From a virus (lineage: Duplodnaviria; Caudoviricetes): DNA of 64,000 bases. Made by a program: the position numbers and the translations under genes. This document shows, piece by piece, positions 19,237-29,797 of this stretch. Position 1 is the stretch's first letter. Each line of letters opens with the position of its first letter. Under the pieces are notes generated by a model. That model had not been told where the DNA came from. It saw only the letters and a program-made list of their open reading frames with translations, and searched no databases. The DNA lies in IMG/VR virus record IMGVR_UViG_3300050034_000334; one strand, given 5' to 3'.

Positions 19237-21478
19237 CTTCGGTCTCCTCTTTCTCTTCGTCTAATGAAGACACCCTGAAATTCTGGTTCCTGTTGCGATT
19301 CTTCTTCCAGTTGTTGAACTTGTCATCCCGCATCTTCTTCAACCTCTTGCGATCGCCTTCTGCTTGTTCTTCGAGCTTGCGCTTTTCCTCCACAAGCATT
19401 TGGTCGATGAGGTCGTGATTCTGTGAATGGCTTTCCTCTTCGTCTTTAACATGCACTTCCTCTTTTCGAGGTTGTTGCAACTTTTCTTTCTGTTCCGCCG
19501 GGGTGGGCTGTGCTTCAACTGCAGCAGGAGCAGTGCGCTCAATTTCACGCTCGGTCTGTTCGTCAAGCTCAGCTTCTTCCTGCAGAAGACGATCACGCTC
19601 CTTGCGCTGCATCTCCTCAAGATCTTCTTTCTCCTTGGGAGTTCTGCGCTTCTTCTTGAGCAGCTGACGCTGGCGCATAGCCTCCTGCTCACGATCAAGA
19701 CGAGTAGGAGCTTTGGTAGGAGTCTGCTTGTATTCCTCAACCACCTTCTCACGAACCAGGTTCTGAATATTGTGCTGAACAGCCGGAAGGATGCGTTCAC
19801 ACACGGCCTTAATGTGTTTACAAATCAGAGCATTCGTTCTTAAATCGAGCCTTTCTTTGGGAGCTTGAAGTTTTGGTCTGGGTTCTCCTTCTAAAGCATC
19901 ACGTTCATGAAGGTTCCACTGATTTCCCCAGTACAGGAACGCCGGGCAATTATGTACCACCACTCCGTTAGCAATGAACGATTCGTCTTCTTCTACTGTC
20001 AAATCAAAAAATGATGGAGGACAGGATACCTGCTTCGCATAATTAAGGCAACGAAGAAATCCTTCTCTCCATTCCAAATCTCTAGATTCAGAAAACACTT
20101 TTCCCAGAGATTTTTCAACTCGTTCTTTATCTCTTTCACGTAGCCATTTGAACATTCGAAGAACTAGAGCAGGGTACTGTCTGTAGCTAATTCGCAGTCT
20201 AGTGTTAGTAAAACTTTGCCAAACTCCTTGGCTAAAGAGGAAAAAAGAGATTTGTTGAAGAAGATTTCTAGAGTAAGAAACAATATCTTGAGTGTCGTAC
20301 TCGATGTTTCCATCCCCTAGAGCATGACTAGAGATCAAATTCCACATTGCTTCCACATCCCAAGCGAGTATTTCCTCTGATAGTCTCTTGGTTAGACTAC
20401 CTTGCCCACACAATTCATACATCTGCTTAGCGAACTGGGAATCTTTCACTCTGACATTTATCCAACTATACTCAGAGTTGTCCTCAATCTCGATTCGAGC
20501 ATTAGGACCAAGGTAGCGACGTGCTCGTTCTGCTGTATCCTTGACTACAGTGTCTTTTTCGTTACGATTGTAGGTAAATGTTACTTCGTAGGCAGAGTAC
20601 TGCTCTCCGTCAACCACCACCTGAGCTGCTTTAACTTTCTTGGTAGACCTTCTTTTATGTAAATGCAAGCAACCTTCAGCGAGGTAGTATCCTGTCAAAG
20701 CAGCAAGATCTGGATCAACTACCTTAGTTCCTGTCCACGCGAACTTAGGGAAGTACAGTGTCTCTCGGTCAACTATTTCCAAGGGAGTTTTCCAAAAAGA
20801 AGAAATCTCTGGTTTAACCAACAGTCTAGTATTTCCTAGAGTGTTATGTCCGGATAAGAAATTTCTACCAAGTCTCTTTTTAACAACAGAAGAATACTTT
20901 CCTGAAGTGGGCCATAGGGGTGCTCCACATCCACAAGCACAATTTTCTCTTCCTCTGACTACAGCAATAGGATGATCTTCAGACAAAATAAGCGGAGTCT
21001 GGTACCCTTTGGCTTTAACCTCCCAAGCCTGTTCTCCTTCTCTAGGTTTTCTTTCCGACACCGCTGTGACTTTCTTAGCTCTTCCCTTGTGAGTGATGAC
21101 ATGATCACCTACAGATACTTCATCTATTCTCTTCTCTGTTCCATCAGCCATCCTAATCATGCTGTCTAGAGCTACACAGCTGCAGTTCACTTTGATATCC
21201 AGATCATTGGCTCTCATTTCCGGAGTAACCTTAGACACGTCAAAGTGAACTTTCACATCATGACCGTTAGGATCGCTAGTTTCAAGATTACATTTGACAT
21301 TATAACGAAGGAAAAGGTCTTTGGGATCAGAAGCCTCAAGATGGGGAACGCAACCTGGTCTATTTTTCACAGAAAAACTGTTTGTTTGGGACACTAATTC
21401 CGGCAAAGATATAGCCAGCTTCACCTTCTTGGTAAGGTAATCCGACAATTTGAAAGAAGACCAGATTTCGCTCATCAT
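19223..21478 (-). CDS. SWIM zinc-finger protein interrupted by an intein
   Basis: Spliced product reads VNCS|CPAFLYWG...CKH (CxC-Xn-CxH); charged coiled-coil C-terminus. Confidence 0.8.
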   Translation of the reverse strand: MMSEIWSSFKLSDYLTKKVKLAISLPELVSQTNSFSVKNRPGCVPHLEASDPKDLFLRYNVKCNLETSDPNGHDVKVHFDVSKVTPEMRANDLDIKVNCSCVALDSMIRMADGTEKRIDEVSVGDHVITHKGRAKKVTAVSERKPREGEQAWEVKAKGYQTPLILSEDHPIAVVRGRENCACGCGAPLWPTSGKYSSVVKKRLGRNFLSGHNTLGNTRLLVKPEISSFWKTPLEIVDRETLYFPKFAWTGTKVVDPDLAALTGYYLAEGCLHLHKRRSTKKVKAAQVVVDGEQYSAYEVTFTYNRNEKDTVVKDTAERARRYLGPNARIEIEDNSEYSWINVRVKDSQFAKQMYELCGQGSLTKRLSEEILAWDVEAMWNLISSHALGDGNIEYDTQDIVSYSRNLLQQISFFLFSQGVWQSFTNTRLRISYRQYPALVLRMFKWLRERDKERVEKSLGKVFSESRDLEWREGFLRCLNYAKQVSCPPSFFDLTVEEDESFIANGVVVHNCPAFLYWGNQWNLHERDALEGEPRPKLQAPKERLDLRTNALICKHIKAVCERILPAVQHNIQNLVREKVVEEYKQTPTKAPTRLDREQEAMRQRQLLKKKRRTPKEKEDLEEMQRKERDRLLQEEAELDEQTEREIERTAPAAVEAQPTPAEQKEKLQQPRKEEVHVKDEEESHSQNHDLIDQMLVEEKRKLEEQAEGDRKRLKKMRDDKFNNWKKNRNRNQNFRVSSLDEEKEETEDVTG
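19949..21178 (-). mobile_element. Intein (410 aa) with LAGLIDADG endonuclease
   Basis: Begins CVALDSMIRMADG, block B LSEDHP, LTGYYLAEG and SHALGDG, ends FDLTVEEDESFIANGVVVHN followed by Cys+1. Confidence 0.92.
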
Positions 21479-21513
21479 TTAGAATCTCAAAGTCTGACTT
21501 TCTCATTCTAAGT
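21479..21513. promoter_or_regulatory. Back-to-back divergent GACTT-N6-TCTAA motifs
   Basis: ttagaatctcaaagtc-t-gactttctcattctaagt between divergent ATGs 21478/21475 and 21517. Confidence 0.7.
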
Positions 21514-21516
21514 CAG

Positions 21517-22185
21517 ATGGACATCACAATGAAAACCGGGTATGTTTCTCCGCCAAAAGGACAGTTGAGTCTCACTGTCATCCGCGATGCTCATCCCACT
21601 GTGGTCATGACTCTTGATCTCGGAATTCCGAACTTCACAGTCTTCAGTTTGAAGTACCCATTGGTGGACGACGAGAAGCGAGCCATGAGTGAACTGACAG
21701 CCGAAGCTCTCAATGCCCTGAATGACGATGTCATCACGTTCATGCTGAGCATGGGATACGCTGAAGAGGTCTGTGTACAGATCTGTGCAACAGTCCTCAC
21801 TTGCTTCAAGAATTTCAGTCCAAAGAACGACACCCAGGCAAATTTGCCCATGGTCGGACATGACGACAGTATTGTGACCTATGAGGGCGAATTTGTAATG
21901 CCACAGATCTTTGTGGACGAGACATACGACAAGGTGGTCACAGCTGCTACAATCATCAAGAGGTTGCCAATTGTTCGTCACTTGGAATTGACTCATGTGC
22001 CTCCCACAAAGAACACGATGTCAGACGCAGCGAGGGCTGTGAAGCTATTCCGTGGTGTGAGTCTCACAAGCCAACCTCAACCTCTCTATGTCATGGTGTA
22101 CGATCAAAAAGGTAGATCTCGAGGCGTTTTGCCGATGTCACCAGGTTTCAAAAATCAAGTCTTGCAAAATCTGAGGAAACGATGA
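21517..22185 (+). CDS. Hypothetical protein
   Basis: 222 aa ORF, ATGA overlap with next gene. Confidence 0.75.
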   Translation: MDITMKTGYVSPPKGQLSLTVIRDAHPTVVMTLDLGIPNFTVFSLKYPLVDDEKRAMSELTAEALNALNDDVITFMLSMGYAEEVCVQICATVLTCFKNFSPKNDTQANLPMVGHDDSIVTYEGEFVMPQIFVDETYDKVVTAATIIKRLPIVRHLELTHVPPTKNTMSDAARAVKLFRGVSLTSQPQPLYVMVYDQKGRSRGVLPMSPGFKNQVLQNLRKR

Positions 22186-22835
22186 ACAATCCAATCCAGC
22201 AGTATATCGATCCTATTCCCTATCGCCTGAATGGTCACATCCGGATCTTCCCGAAGCCAACCGTGAAGAAGCCAATTGTGGAACCGATCTTTGATGAAAA
22301 GAACGTCATCGTGATCACGGTGAAGTCCCTCTTCGCTCGACTAATGAAGAACTCTGTCGAGCCTCAGTTCGGCATCTGGGGTCTGGCTGTTGGACTGGGT
22401 GACGGATTATGGCAGACTGCTCCACTCGAGAATGCAAGCACTTCTGCCTTGATCGGACCCTTGGCAAATCGTCCTCTGTCATCGGCCAACTTCGTGGACA
22501 TCAGCTATAATCCGCTGCCGGCAGGACAATTCTACGATCCAACTGATCTATCCACGGTGCGTGTCGATTTCCAAACGGAGATCACTTCACCTGATGACAT
22601 TCCGGCTAATTCTCAGATCCGGGAGATGGGGCTGATTGGAGGAGGATCTACTGCCAGTGCCACAAACATGGCCTCAGTTGCAACTCCGTATTGGATTCCA
22701 GGTGCCACAGGAAACGTATTATTTCCCACGGCTCCAAGTTTGAATAGCGTGGTGCTTGTGAACTATAAATCACTACCTCCGCTAAATCTTCCTCCGGAAG
22801 TACCATTTATATTTTCTTGGATTATCGCCTTTTGA
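22182..22835 (+). CDS. Probable baseplate/tail structural protein
   Basis: VDFQTEI...IREMGLIGG...FSWIIAF pattern typical of myophage tail-collar/baseplate proteins. Confidence 0.5.
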   Translation: MNNPIQQYIDPIPYRLNGHIRIFPKPTVKKPIVEPIFDEKNVIVITVKSLFARLMKNSVEPQFGIWGLAVGLGDGLWQTAPLENASTSALIGPLANRPLSSANFVDISYNPLPAGQFYDPTDLSTVRVDFQTEITSPDDIPANSQIREMGLIGGGSTASATNMASVATPYWIPGATGNVLFPTAPSLNSVVLVNYKSLPPLNLPPEVPFIFSWIIAF

Positions 22836-22869
22836 TCCAGTCACTTTCATCCCACCCATAGCCAGGTTG

Positions 22870-22902
22870 GATCTAGGGGAGTGAAACACACTCCCCTAGA
22901 TC
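22870..22902. terminator. 14-bp hairpin between convergent genes
   Basis: gatctaggggagtg-aaaca-cactcccctagatc. Confidence 0.75.
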
Positions 22903-22913
22903 ATCGTTCAGGA

Positions 22914-23597
22914 CTAGATGGGGACTTCTTCCCACGTGATGCGACCATAGACGCTGAAGGTGGTGGTGGAGATAGTGTTCAGCAGAGCCAATACACCACC
23001 TGGAGGAACGATAAGTCCACCATCAAAATTCTGCACTCCACCTATGAGTGGCGCTATGGAAGTGTTGGCGATGGTGCCGTAAGCCAGAGATCCGGGAGTC
23101 GGAATATCAGATGCCGCGAAAATAACGAGGTTGTTGGTGAGACCAGTGAGGGCCGTCGCTGGTGTAAAATACTTGGCCTGAGAACCAGAACCAGTGAGCG
23201 TCTTTACGTTTGTTGGTGTAGTACCAGTAGAAATACCACCATTGCTGGCTGATGCAGCCCAAACCAGAGCACCAGGAGGTGCTGGAGTAGTGGCAGTGTT
23301 ATACATCATCTGCAACGATGCCTGCAGAAGTACCAAGTTTACGGTGTTGGACAAATTGTTCCACAACCCAAGAATCGGAGTTGCAGTGGCCGTCAACCCG
23401 ATGGTGTTGGCAGACAAAGCTGTGACTGCGTTGATGCCACCTGTGAACACGTTGCCACGATAGGCCTGTTCATAGAATCTGCCGTGCAACTCCGACATAA
23501 TGACGTCGCCAAGGTTGCCTGAACGCATGGCCGCGACTGTGCCGGGAGCAATTGAAGCTGTGGTTGCAATTGGACCAACCTGAGTTTGAACCTGCAT
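22914..23597 (-). CDS. Probable virion structural protein
   Basis: 227 aa G/T/A-rich; AGGAG RBS. Confidence 0.6.
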   Translation of the reverse strand: MQVQTQVGPIATTASIAPGTVAAMRSGNLGDVIMSELHGRFYEQAYRGNVFTGGINAVTALSANTIGLTATATPILGLWNNLSNTVNLVLLQASLQMMYNTATTPAPPGALVWAASASNGGISTGTTPTNVKTLTGSGSQAKYFTPATALTGLTNNLVIFAASDIPTPGSLAYGTIANTSIAPLIGGVQNFDGGLIVPPGGVLALLNTISTTTFSVYGRITWEEVPI

Positions 23598-23609
23598 ATG
23601 ACTTTCTCC

Positions 23610-26600
23610 TTAACCGAATACAGTCGCGATCGGATCGTTGCGGAGTGATGATGGTTCATCACCAACACTATTAGTGGTTCCAGTAGTCAACAAAGCAGGA
23701 AGACTGTACTGGTAAAAGTTTGAAATCTTGAGTTCAATGAGGATCTGGAATAAAAGTTCTGGAACAGTTTGACCTTCAAATTGAGACAGATCTTCGATGG
23801 CCAGGGCCGCCGTATTTTGCATATTGTGGTTTGGAGACACTGATCCCAGGCTACGAGCGACGTTTGCCTGATCTATTGAAGCAGTGATAAGACGACCTGA
23901 AGTATCTGTTTGAAGACGACGAGTCAAACCAGCTGGAGTGCCAGTTGCTGATAGGGTTGTATCGATGCCGGCCATCAACACAGGGTTAGCTGTGGGAAGC
24001 ACACCAGCAGCAATGTTGCCACCTACAGCTACAACACCGGCCACACCAGCAGAAGGTCCAGCAGTACCAGCCCATGTCGCTACATTGGTGGTCAGAGAAG
24101 ATGTTGGTCCTGTGGTGGTGTAATTACCCGCCCAAGGAGTACTGCGCAGGAACACGGTTGCTGTTCCCGCTGTAGTTACAACAAAACGAATGTAACGAGC
24201 AATACAAGGGAAGCTGAATCCAGCACCAGCAGATGTAGAGGAAGTAAGAGCACCTAAGATCAGTGGAGTTCCAGACAAAGCACTCCAAGTCACCTTGTCA
24301 TTAGAACAGGTGACAGTAGCCACCATGGTTTGAGTCGTGACGTTCAGAGACTGGTACCCTTGTGTGTCTAAGATAGAAGTTTGACCAGCACTACCACCGA
24401 TATAGATGGGATTCGGGGCATCACTGATAATCAGAGAATTGTTTATGTCCTTGTTCAGATTGATGACATTGGTGTTCATTTGAACACCAGTCGTAGCATC
24501 AAATGACTGAGCCAGCAGTGGCGTATCATCCGGAGCAGCAAACTTACCTACAACTACAACAGAAAGACTTCCTAAAAGTTCCAGCACGTTATAGCGCATG
24601 TATCTAGAACATACAGGAACAGCATAGATACCTTGCCCATAGAAAACATCTAGATTGATGCCATCAGAAGCATTCTGTCCAAATAGTGGAAACCAGCTTA
24701 TGTTATCGTTGCTTCCTTCAACCCTGATATTTCCTGCCCATAGACCTGAAAACTGAAAACTGAAGGTCTGGTATCCAAAGGTAGAATACGATATTCCCGG
24801 TCCCACCAAAGTGACAGTTTCCGTGTCCAGAAGAGAATTGTCATAGGGCAAGAAATATAGATTTCCGTTGGGATCAGTTTGTACTGCCAAAACCGTGGAA
24901 CCATTTTGACCCATCATAACCGTGCCAGTGGGGGTAGGTCCTGGTGTAGTTCCATCGGTGTACTGAACACCACCAAACGAACCAGTCACGGGAATGGAAG
25001 CATTTGTGACATTGACTTGCAACTGAGCACCAGTCACCGCACCAGCTAGTGTACTCAAGGATGTTTCAGCAGCAGAATCAGCCACAGCAATGGCTGTCGA
25101 ATTGTCAACCTGCACTGACCACAAAGCTCCAGAGGAGGATGTTCCCTGATTGACTGTTCCTGAAATAGTAGGTGTTCCAGTAATCGACACTGATCCGGAA
25201 ATGGGCTGAATCACGCCTGATCCATCAACCCGCAATGCCGTCATTCCAGTGATGCCCTGGATTGAAATCACATCGGCAGAAGCAGACCCAGCAGTTCCAA
25301 GGGCTGGCTGGTTGGCGGCGGTCGCCGCACCTGTTGGAAGAGGAAGTGAAGCTGCGCTCACTGGCTGGGTTACAGGGAAATTGTCGACGCTAACACTGGG
25401 AGTTCCTGTAATCGAAACTGATCCGGAAATGGGTTGTGTGGTTTGATAGAAGGAACCGCTCACTGCAACTGTGCCCAGTGTTGCTGAATCCACTATCACA
25501 TGCTGAGGAGAAGCAAATGTGATAGCATCAGCAGTGACAGCAATCTTTGTCTTGCCACCCGTAGCAGAGTTGACAATAGCAACATCACCTGTCACACCGA
25601 ATGCAGTATTAGAGACAGAGCCGGAAATGTTGGCTGTTACAGTACCACTGACAGGTTGAGTGGCCTGGTAAAAAGCTCCAGTGACCGCGATTGACGAATT
25701 CTCAATGGCAACTTTGAGGTTTCCAGAACCATCTAAGGTCGTCGGAAGTTGAGTGCTAGAAACTGGTTGAGTGGCTTGCCAAAAGGTTCCTGTGACAGCA
25801 ACTGAGTTTTCTACAGCAACTTTGAGATACCCACTTCCATCAACTGCCAGAGCCGATACATTTGTTCCATTGTAACCCAGAGCAACAGTACCTGTCGAAG
25901 TTACAACAGCCGTTCCCGTAGCATATTGTACACCTCCACCACCTCCACCGCCACCAGTGATATTGACATTCAAAGACCCAGATGTCGATGACAGAGTGTT
26001 TCCTAATCCGTCCTGCAATCTGGAAGTTACTGTGCCACTGATTGGTTGAGTGGTCTGCCAAAATACACCTGTGACCGCTTGCGATGATGGGAAGTTAGAA
26101 ACGGAAATAGATCCGGAAATAGGAACAGTACCTGAAATAGAGACAGGTTGCGTCGCTTGCCAGAAAGTACCAGTTACAGCCTGACTTGAAGGGAAGTTAC
26201 TGACGCTGACAGAGGGAGTTCCAGAAATAGAAACTGATCCAGACACTGGCTGAGTAGTTGGCCAGAAGGTTCCTGTTACTGCAAGGCTGGAGTTCTCAAT
26301 AGCAACCTTCAAATTGCCTGAACTATCAAGGGCTGCTGGGAGTTGAGTACTTGATACTGGCTGGGTGGTCTGCCAAAAGACTCCTGTCACTATCTGAGAA
26401 GATGGAAAGTTGCTGACACTAACTGATCCTGCTACAGTCTGAGTTAAAGGAAGATTGCTGACACTCACTGATCCTGAAATAGATTGTATCGATGGCAAGT
26501 TTGAGATATTGACTGATCCACTAACTGCTTGCGTGGAAGGAAAATTATCCACACTGACAGTTTCGTATATTGGAACCTCCATGATGATCTGAAGAGGATC

Positions 26601-26834
26601 CAGGTTACTCATGGCCGTTGTATTATATGCCAACGTGATAGTACTGTGGATTTCAGACACCACAGCAGTCAGAGTAGGATCTGCAAGGTTGAAGATGATG
26701 ATGTTGGTCGCCGCATTGATGATCAATTTCACCTGTCCGGCAGCAAGAGGAGCTGGAAGACCAGATAGAGTGATCACACCTGTGGAGGCATCAAAGGTGT
26801 ATGATCCGTAGTTTTGACCAACCATTACTTGCAT
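23610..26834 (-). CDS. Long tail-fibre-like repeat protein
   Basis: 1074 aa; many SGSVSVSNFP..Q.VTGTFWQ.TQPV repeats; poly-Gly hinge. Confidence 0.7.
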   Translation of the reverse strand: MQVMVGQNYGSYTFDASTGVITLSGLPAPLAAGQVKLIINAATNIIIFNLADPTLTAVVSEIHSTITLAYNTTAMSNLDPLQIIMEVPIYETVSVDNFPSTQAVSGSVNISNLPSIQSISGSVSVSNLPLTQTVAGSVSVSNFPSSQIVTGVFWQTTQPVSSTQLPAALDSSGNLKVAIENSSLAVTGTFWPTTQPVSGSVSISGTPSVSVSNFPSSQAVTGTFWQATQPVSISGTVPISGSISVSNFPSSQAVTGVFWQTTQPISGTVTSRLQDGLGNTLSSTSGSLNVNITGGGGGGGGVQYATGTAVVTSTGTVALGYNGTNVSALAVDGSGYLKVAVENSVAVTGTFWQATQPVSSTQLPTTLDGSGNLKVAIENSSIAVTGAFYQATQPVSGTVTANISGSVSNTAFGVTGDVAIVNSATGGKTKIAVTADAITFASPQHVIVDSATLGTVAVSGSFYQTTQPISGSVSITGTPSVSVDNFPVTQPVSAASLPLPTGAATAANQPALGTAGSASADVISIQGITGMTALRVDGSGVIQPISGSVSITGTPTISGTVNQGTSSSGALWSVQVDNSTAIAVADSAAETSLSTLAGAVTGAQLQVNVTNASIPVTGSFGGVQYTDGTTPGPTPTGTVMMGQNGSTVLAVQTDPNGNLYFLPYDNSLLDTETVTLVGPGISYSTFGYQTFSFQFSGLWAGNIRVEGSNDNISWFPLFGQNASDGINLDVFYGQGIYAVPVCSRYMRYNVLELLGSLSVVVVGKFAAPDDTPLLAQSFDATTGVQMNTNVINLNKDINNSLIISDAPNPIYIGGSAGQTSILDTQGYQSLNVTTQTMVATVTCSNDKVTWSALSGTPLILGALTSSTSAGAGFSFPCIARYIRFVVTTAGTATVFLRSTPWAGNYTTTGPTSSLTTNVATWAGTAGPSAGVAGVVAVGGNIAAGVLPTANPVLMAGIDTTLSATGTPAGLTRRLQTDTSGRLITASIDQANVARSLGSVSPNHNMQNTAALAIEDLSQFEGQTVPELLFQILIELKISNFYQYSLPALLTTGTTNSVGDEPSSLRNDPIATVFG
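25640..26540 (-). repeat. Degenerate peptide repeats (VSNFPxxQxVxG / FWQxTQPVSG) including a roughly 50-aa duplication
   Basis: QPVSSTQLPAALDSSGNLKVAIENSS vs QPVSSTQLPTTLDGSGNLKVAIENSS; coordinates approximate. Confidence 0.7.
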
Positions 26835-26865
26835 GAAGTACTCCTATTATTCACATCAGAAAGTC

Positions 26866-27564
26866 TTACAAAGCGATTGCATAAGCGATGGCAAGAGACC
26901 TGCTTGCTGCATTGACAATGCGAGAATCATCACCAGCAGCCACCGTACCCGCTGTGGTTCCAACATTCAGAGCAGCCGCGCCTCCCAACGTGGGTTTATT
27001 CAGAATCTCGGTCACTCCACTGACAGCATTCCAATCAGAATTCATCTGAGCAGTCGGAATCACGGGAGTGTGATTGAGATCCAGGTATGAACCTGAGGTT
27101 GCTACGGCTGCCAACCCATAGATGTCAGACGCCGCCAAAGTCACAGCACCAGTTCTACCTGCCACCGATTGAACCGGAGCACCTGCTGCTGTGATATATC
27201 CAGCATCATTGGTAAAAGTGCTGATAAGTGTTGGCTTATTAGAGAGATCCGTATAGCTACCGGAGGTTGCCACCGTGGCTAGAGTTGGCTTATGGAGAAT
27301 CGATGCAAGACCGGAAGTTGCATTCCAATCAACCTGAACCTGCGGAGTTGGTAGAGCCCAGGTTCTATCACCTCTGAGGAAATGAATTGCATCGCCAATA
27401 GCTGGAGCAGGAACATTGCCCGCCAGACCTCCAGTTCCTGTATCTCCCACAAAAATTGGATCTGAAGCAGAAACCAGGTTGCTAAAGGCATTGAACGTGA
27501 TGTTCTGCTGACCCGTTGGAGGAGCCGGGGTTATCGAGTTGTACCTGATAAAGACGGTAGTCAT
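26866..27564 (-). CDS. Tail-fibre-associated protein
   Basis: QVDWNATSG...HKP, ATSGSYTDLSNKP, VQSVAGRTGAVTL repeats. Confidence 0.7.
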   Translation of the reverse strand: MTTVFIRYNSITPAPPTGQQNITFNAFSNLVSASDPIFVGDTGTGGLAGNVPAPAIGDAIHFLRGDRTWALPTPQVQVDWNATSGLASILHKPTLATVATSGSYTDLSNKPTLISTFTNDAGYITAAGAPVQSVAGRTGAVTLAASDIYGLAAVATSGSYLDLNHTPVIPTAQMNSDWNAVSGVTEILNKPTLGGAAALNVGTTAGTVAAGDDSRIVNAASRSLAIAYAIAL

Positions 27565-27572
27565 CAGAATCC

Positions 27573-29282
27573 TCAGAGATACTGGTTGACGAATACACCG
27601 TTGACTTCGATGATTGTCTGCGGTGTTACAAATTGAGGAGTGTTGTTCTGCGTTTGCGTGATCGGAATTCCGTTGATCTCAATTACGATCTCCGGAGGAA
27701 TGATTGAAGGCGAAATGAACTGGGTCATACCCAGTTCGTTGTATCTCGGAACGATCGAAATCTGACTTGAATATCCGGCATAGTAGGGAGTTTCTGTGAC
27801 ATCGATCGCAACTACACGAGTCACTAGAGGAAGATAGACTTTCCAGTCACACATGGCAGATACATTCAAAGTTGAGATGTACCGGGTGGCCGTGCCACTC
27901 TCATCACGAGCCTCACCCTGTATATCTCTGGCAGCCTCGAAGATCGTGATTCCATCGCGCTCCATGGATACTCTTTGAGTTATCAGCAAGGCTTGCTTAA
28001 TGAGCTCAGCAATCTCTGAGGCGGTCGAGTAGTCGTTGGCCTTACAGTCCAGCGTGAAGTTCACGTTGTCCTTGGAGCCGTAGACGTTATACGTCTCACA
28101 CATCTGTGGGGCAATGATGATAGCAACCTGATCTCCAGCAGTAACCGAATCCCCGATGGCAACTCGATATCCAGGAATCAGATTTATGTTGATGCCCCTC
28201 TTTTTGGCAATTACTGTGGTCTCTGCCCCTGTATCAATGCGAATTTCGAATCTCATCCATTCCCCAGGATTGAGAGGATACGGAAGATTGACAGTACCAT
28301 CACTGTTTGCGATGAGAATCAGATTGCTTCGAGTTGAAGTGTTTACGAACACCTGACCAGCCGCCAAAGTTTCCCCTGGGTCAAGAGTGACATTGAGAAT
28401 GTTCTCAGGATTCAACGCGCTTGCAGTTGTGGGATTGATTTTCTGAATTCCCACGACATACAATTGCGTGCCAGGAGTGTTCCAAGCTGCCACACGAATG
28501 AGAGTCGGAGAGACAAAGACGTAGTCAATTCCTTGGCGAAGAATGTATCCGTTGTTGTCTGTGATCTGAATAGAGATCCAATCTCCAGGAATCAGAAATG
28601 TTTGGATTCCACCCAAGCTCGTACCGATGTCCACAGTACTCGTTCTTTGATACCAGAAATCTCTGTAGGGTACAAGAACCAGTCCTCCCAGTCCGATCGA
28701 GCAATTGATGTTATTTACGATGGATTGTAGCAAGACTCGACCAGGGACCGCCGCGAAAGTCACTGGACTCAAGGGTGTATCAGCATTTTCAATGTACACC
28801 GTCGAAGTGTCAATGCCAGAAGCAAAGTACACCCAGCTTCCCTCTGCGTTCGACAAGTTGCCTTCACGCCATTTGAACTTCTTGACATTCAGTGAAACTG
28901 TGGCATTCTGCTCATTGGGATTGGGTACAGTGACGACACCGTCAACTACGGTAGGAGGATTCACTGCGAGATAGTACACACCAGGGTCAATGAGACTCTC
29001 ACTAAATGGAATCATCCACTCCACGAACGTCCCAGCATAGTCACGAACCTTGGCCACGAGGCCGCGTCCACGCTGTGTGAACATGAAATAGTCTGGTGAC
29101 AGGCGAGTTCCCTGGGCTGTCACATTCTTGACAATGATCTGGGCATCACCAAAACTTACTCGATTGCTAGTGAATGCTGAGACATCCCCCAGCGTCTGTC
29201 TAAACCGGGGGTTGCTGCTCACCACATTCCTGCAGATCCGCAGTATGTATGCCGCCAAGTTTGCGCCTGTTAGATCCAGCAT
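27573..29282 (-). CDS. Probable tail/neck structural protein
   Basis: 569 aa beta-rich; C-terminal NFTLDCKAND..TASEIAE resembles tail-completion folds. Confidence 0.5.
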   Translation of the reverse strand: MLDLTGANLAAYILRICRNVVSSNPRFRQTLGDVSAFTSNRVSFGDAQIIVKNVTAQGTRLSPDYFMFTQRGRGLVAKVRDYAGTFVEWMIPFSESLIDPGVYYLAVNPPTVVDGVVTVPNPNEQNATVSLNVKKFKWREGNLSNAEGSWVYFASGIDTSTVYIENADTPLSPVTFAAVPGRVLLQSIVNNINCSIGLGGLVLVPYRDFWYQRTSTVDIGTSLGGIQTFLIPGDWISIQITDNNGYILRQGIDYVFVSPTLIRVAAWNTPGTQLYVVGIQKINPTTASALNPENILNVTLDPGETLAAGQVFVNTSTRSNLILIANSDGTVNLPYPLNPGEWMRFEIRIDTGAETTVIAKKRGININLIPGYRVAIGDSVTAGDQVAIIIAPQMCETYNVYGSKDNVNFTLDCKANDYSTASEIAELIKQALLITQRVSMERDGITIFEAARDIQGEARDESGTATRYISTLNVSAMCDWKVYLPLVTRVVAIDVTETPYYAGYSSQISIVPRYNELGMTQFISPSIIPPEIVIEINGIPITQTQNNTPQFVTPQTIIEVNGVFVNQYL

Positions 29283-29291
29283 TGTTCATCC

Positions 29292-29780
29292 CTACTTCAC
29301 AACTTTGACAAGCTGAGCACCGTAGTCTACTCCCGGTGGAGGTGGCGGGACGGTTTGTTGGATAGGCTCGATCCAGGCAGCTATAGATCTCCGGACGTCG
29401 TTGACGGACACCTGCGCATTCATCCGAGGATACCAGCGATTGGTCAGTTCCACACGGCCATCCCAGTCGTATTCCTCGATGATCCACTGCTGTCCATCAT
29501 GAGACTGGAACACGGCTCCAGGATCCATGTACATGAAGAAGATTTCGTCTCCTTGGATCGGAGATAGAGGATTTGGAATCTGTTCATCATGTGGATTCGG
29601 CCTGAACTGAGCGAAGGTCGAGATCGCCACATCATCCGGATCTCCCACGATCACTTGTAGTTCCATGTTCGTGGAAGGATGGTCATCAGTCGTGAGAATA
29701 GCAGCGGTCTTGGTGGTTCCTTCCTCTGCAACTCCAGCGAACGATGCAAGCATGTTTGCGAGTTTTGATTCTTTGGCCAT
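29292..29780 (-). CDS. Hypothetical protein
   Basis: Start moved to MAKES after GGAG; TKTA motif. Confidence 0.7.
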   Translation of the reverse strand: MAKESKLANMLASFAGVAEEGTTKTAAILTTDDHPSTNMELQVIVGDPDDVAISTFAQFRPNPHDEQIPNPLSPIQGDEIFFMYMDPGAVFQSHDGQQWIIEEYDWDGRVELTNRWYPRMNAQVSVNDVRRSIAAWIEPIQQTVPPPPPGVDYGAQLVKVVK

Positions 29781-29797
29781 GGAAACTCCGTGTGTTC

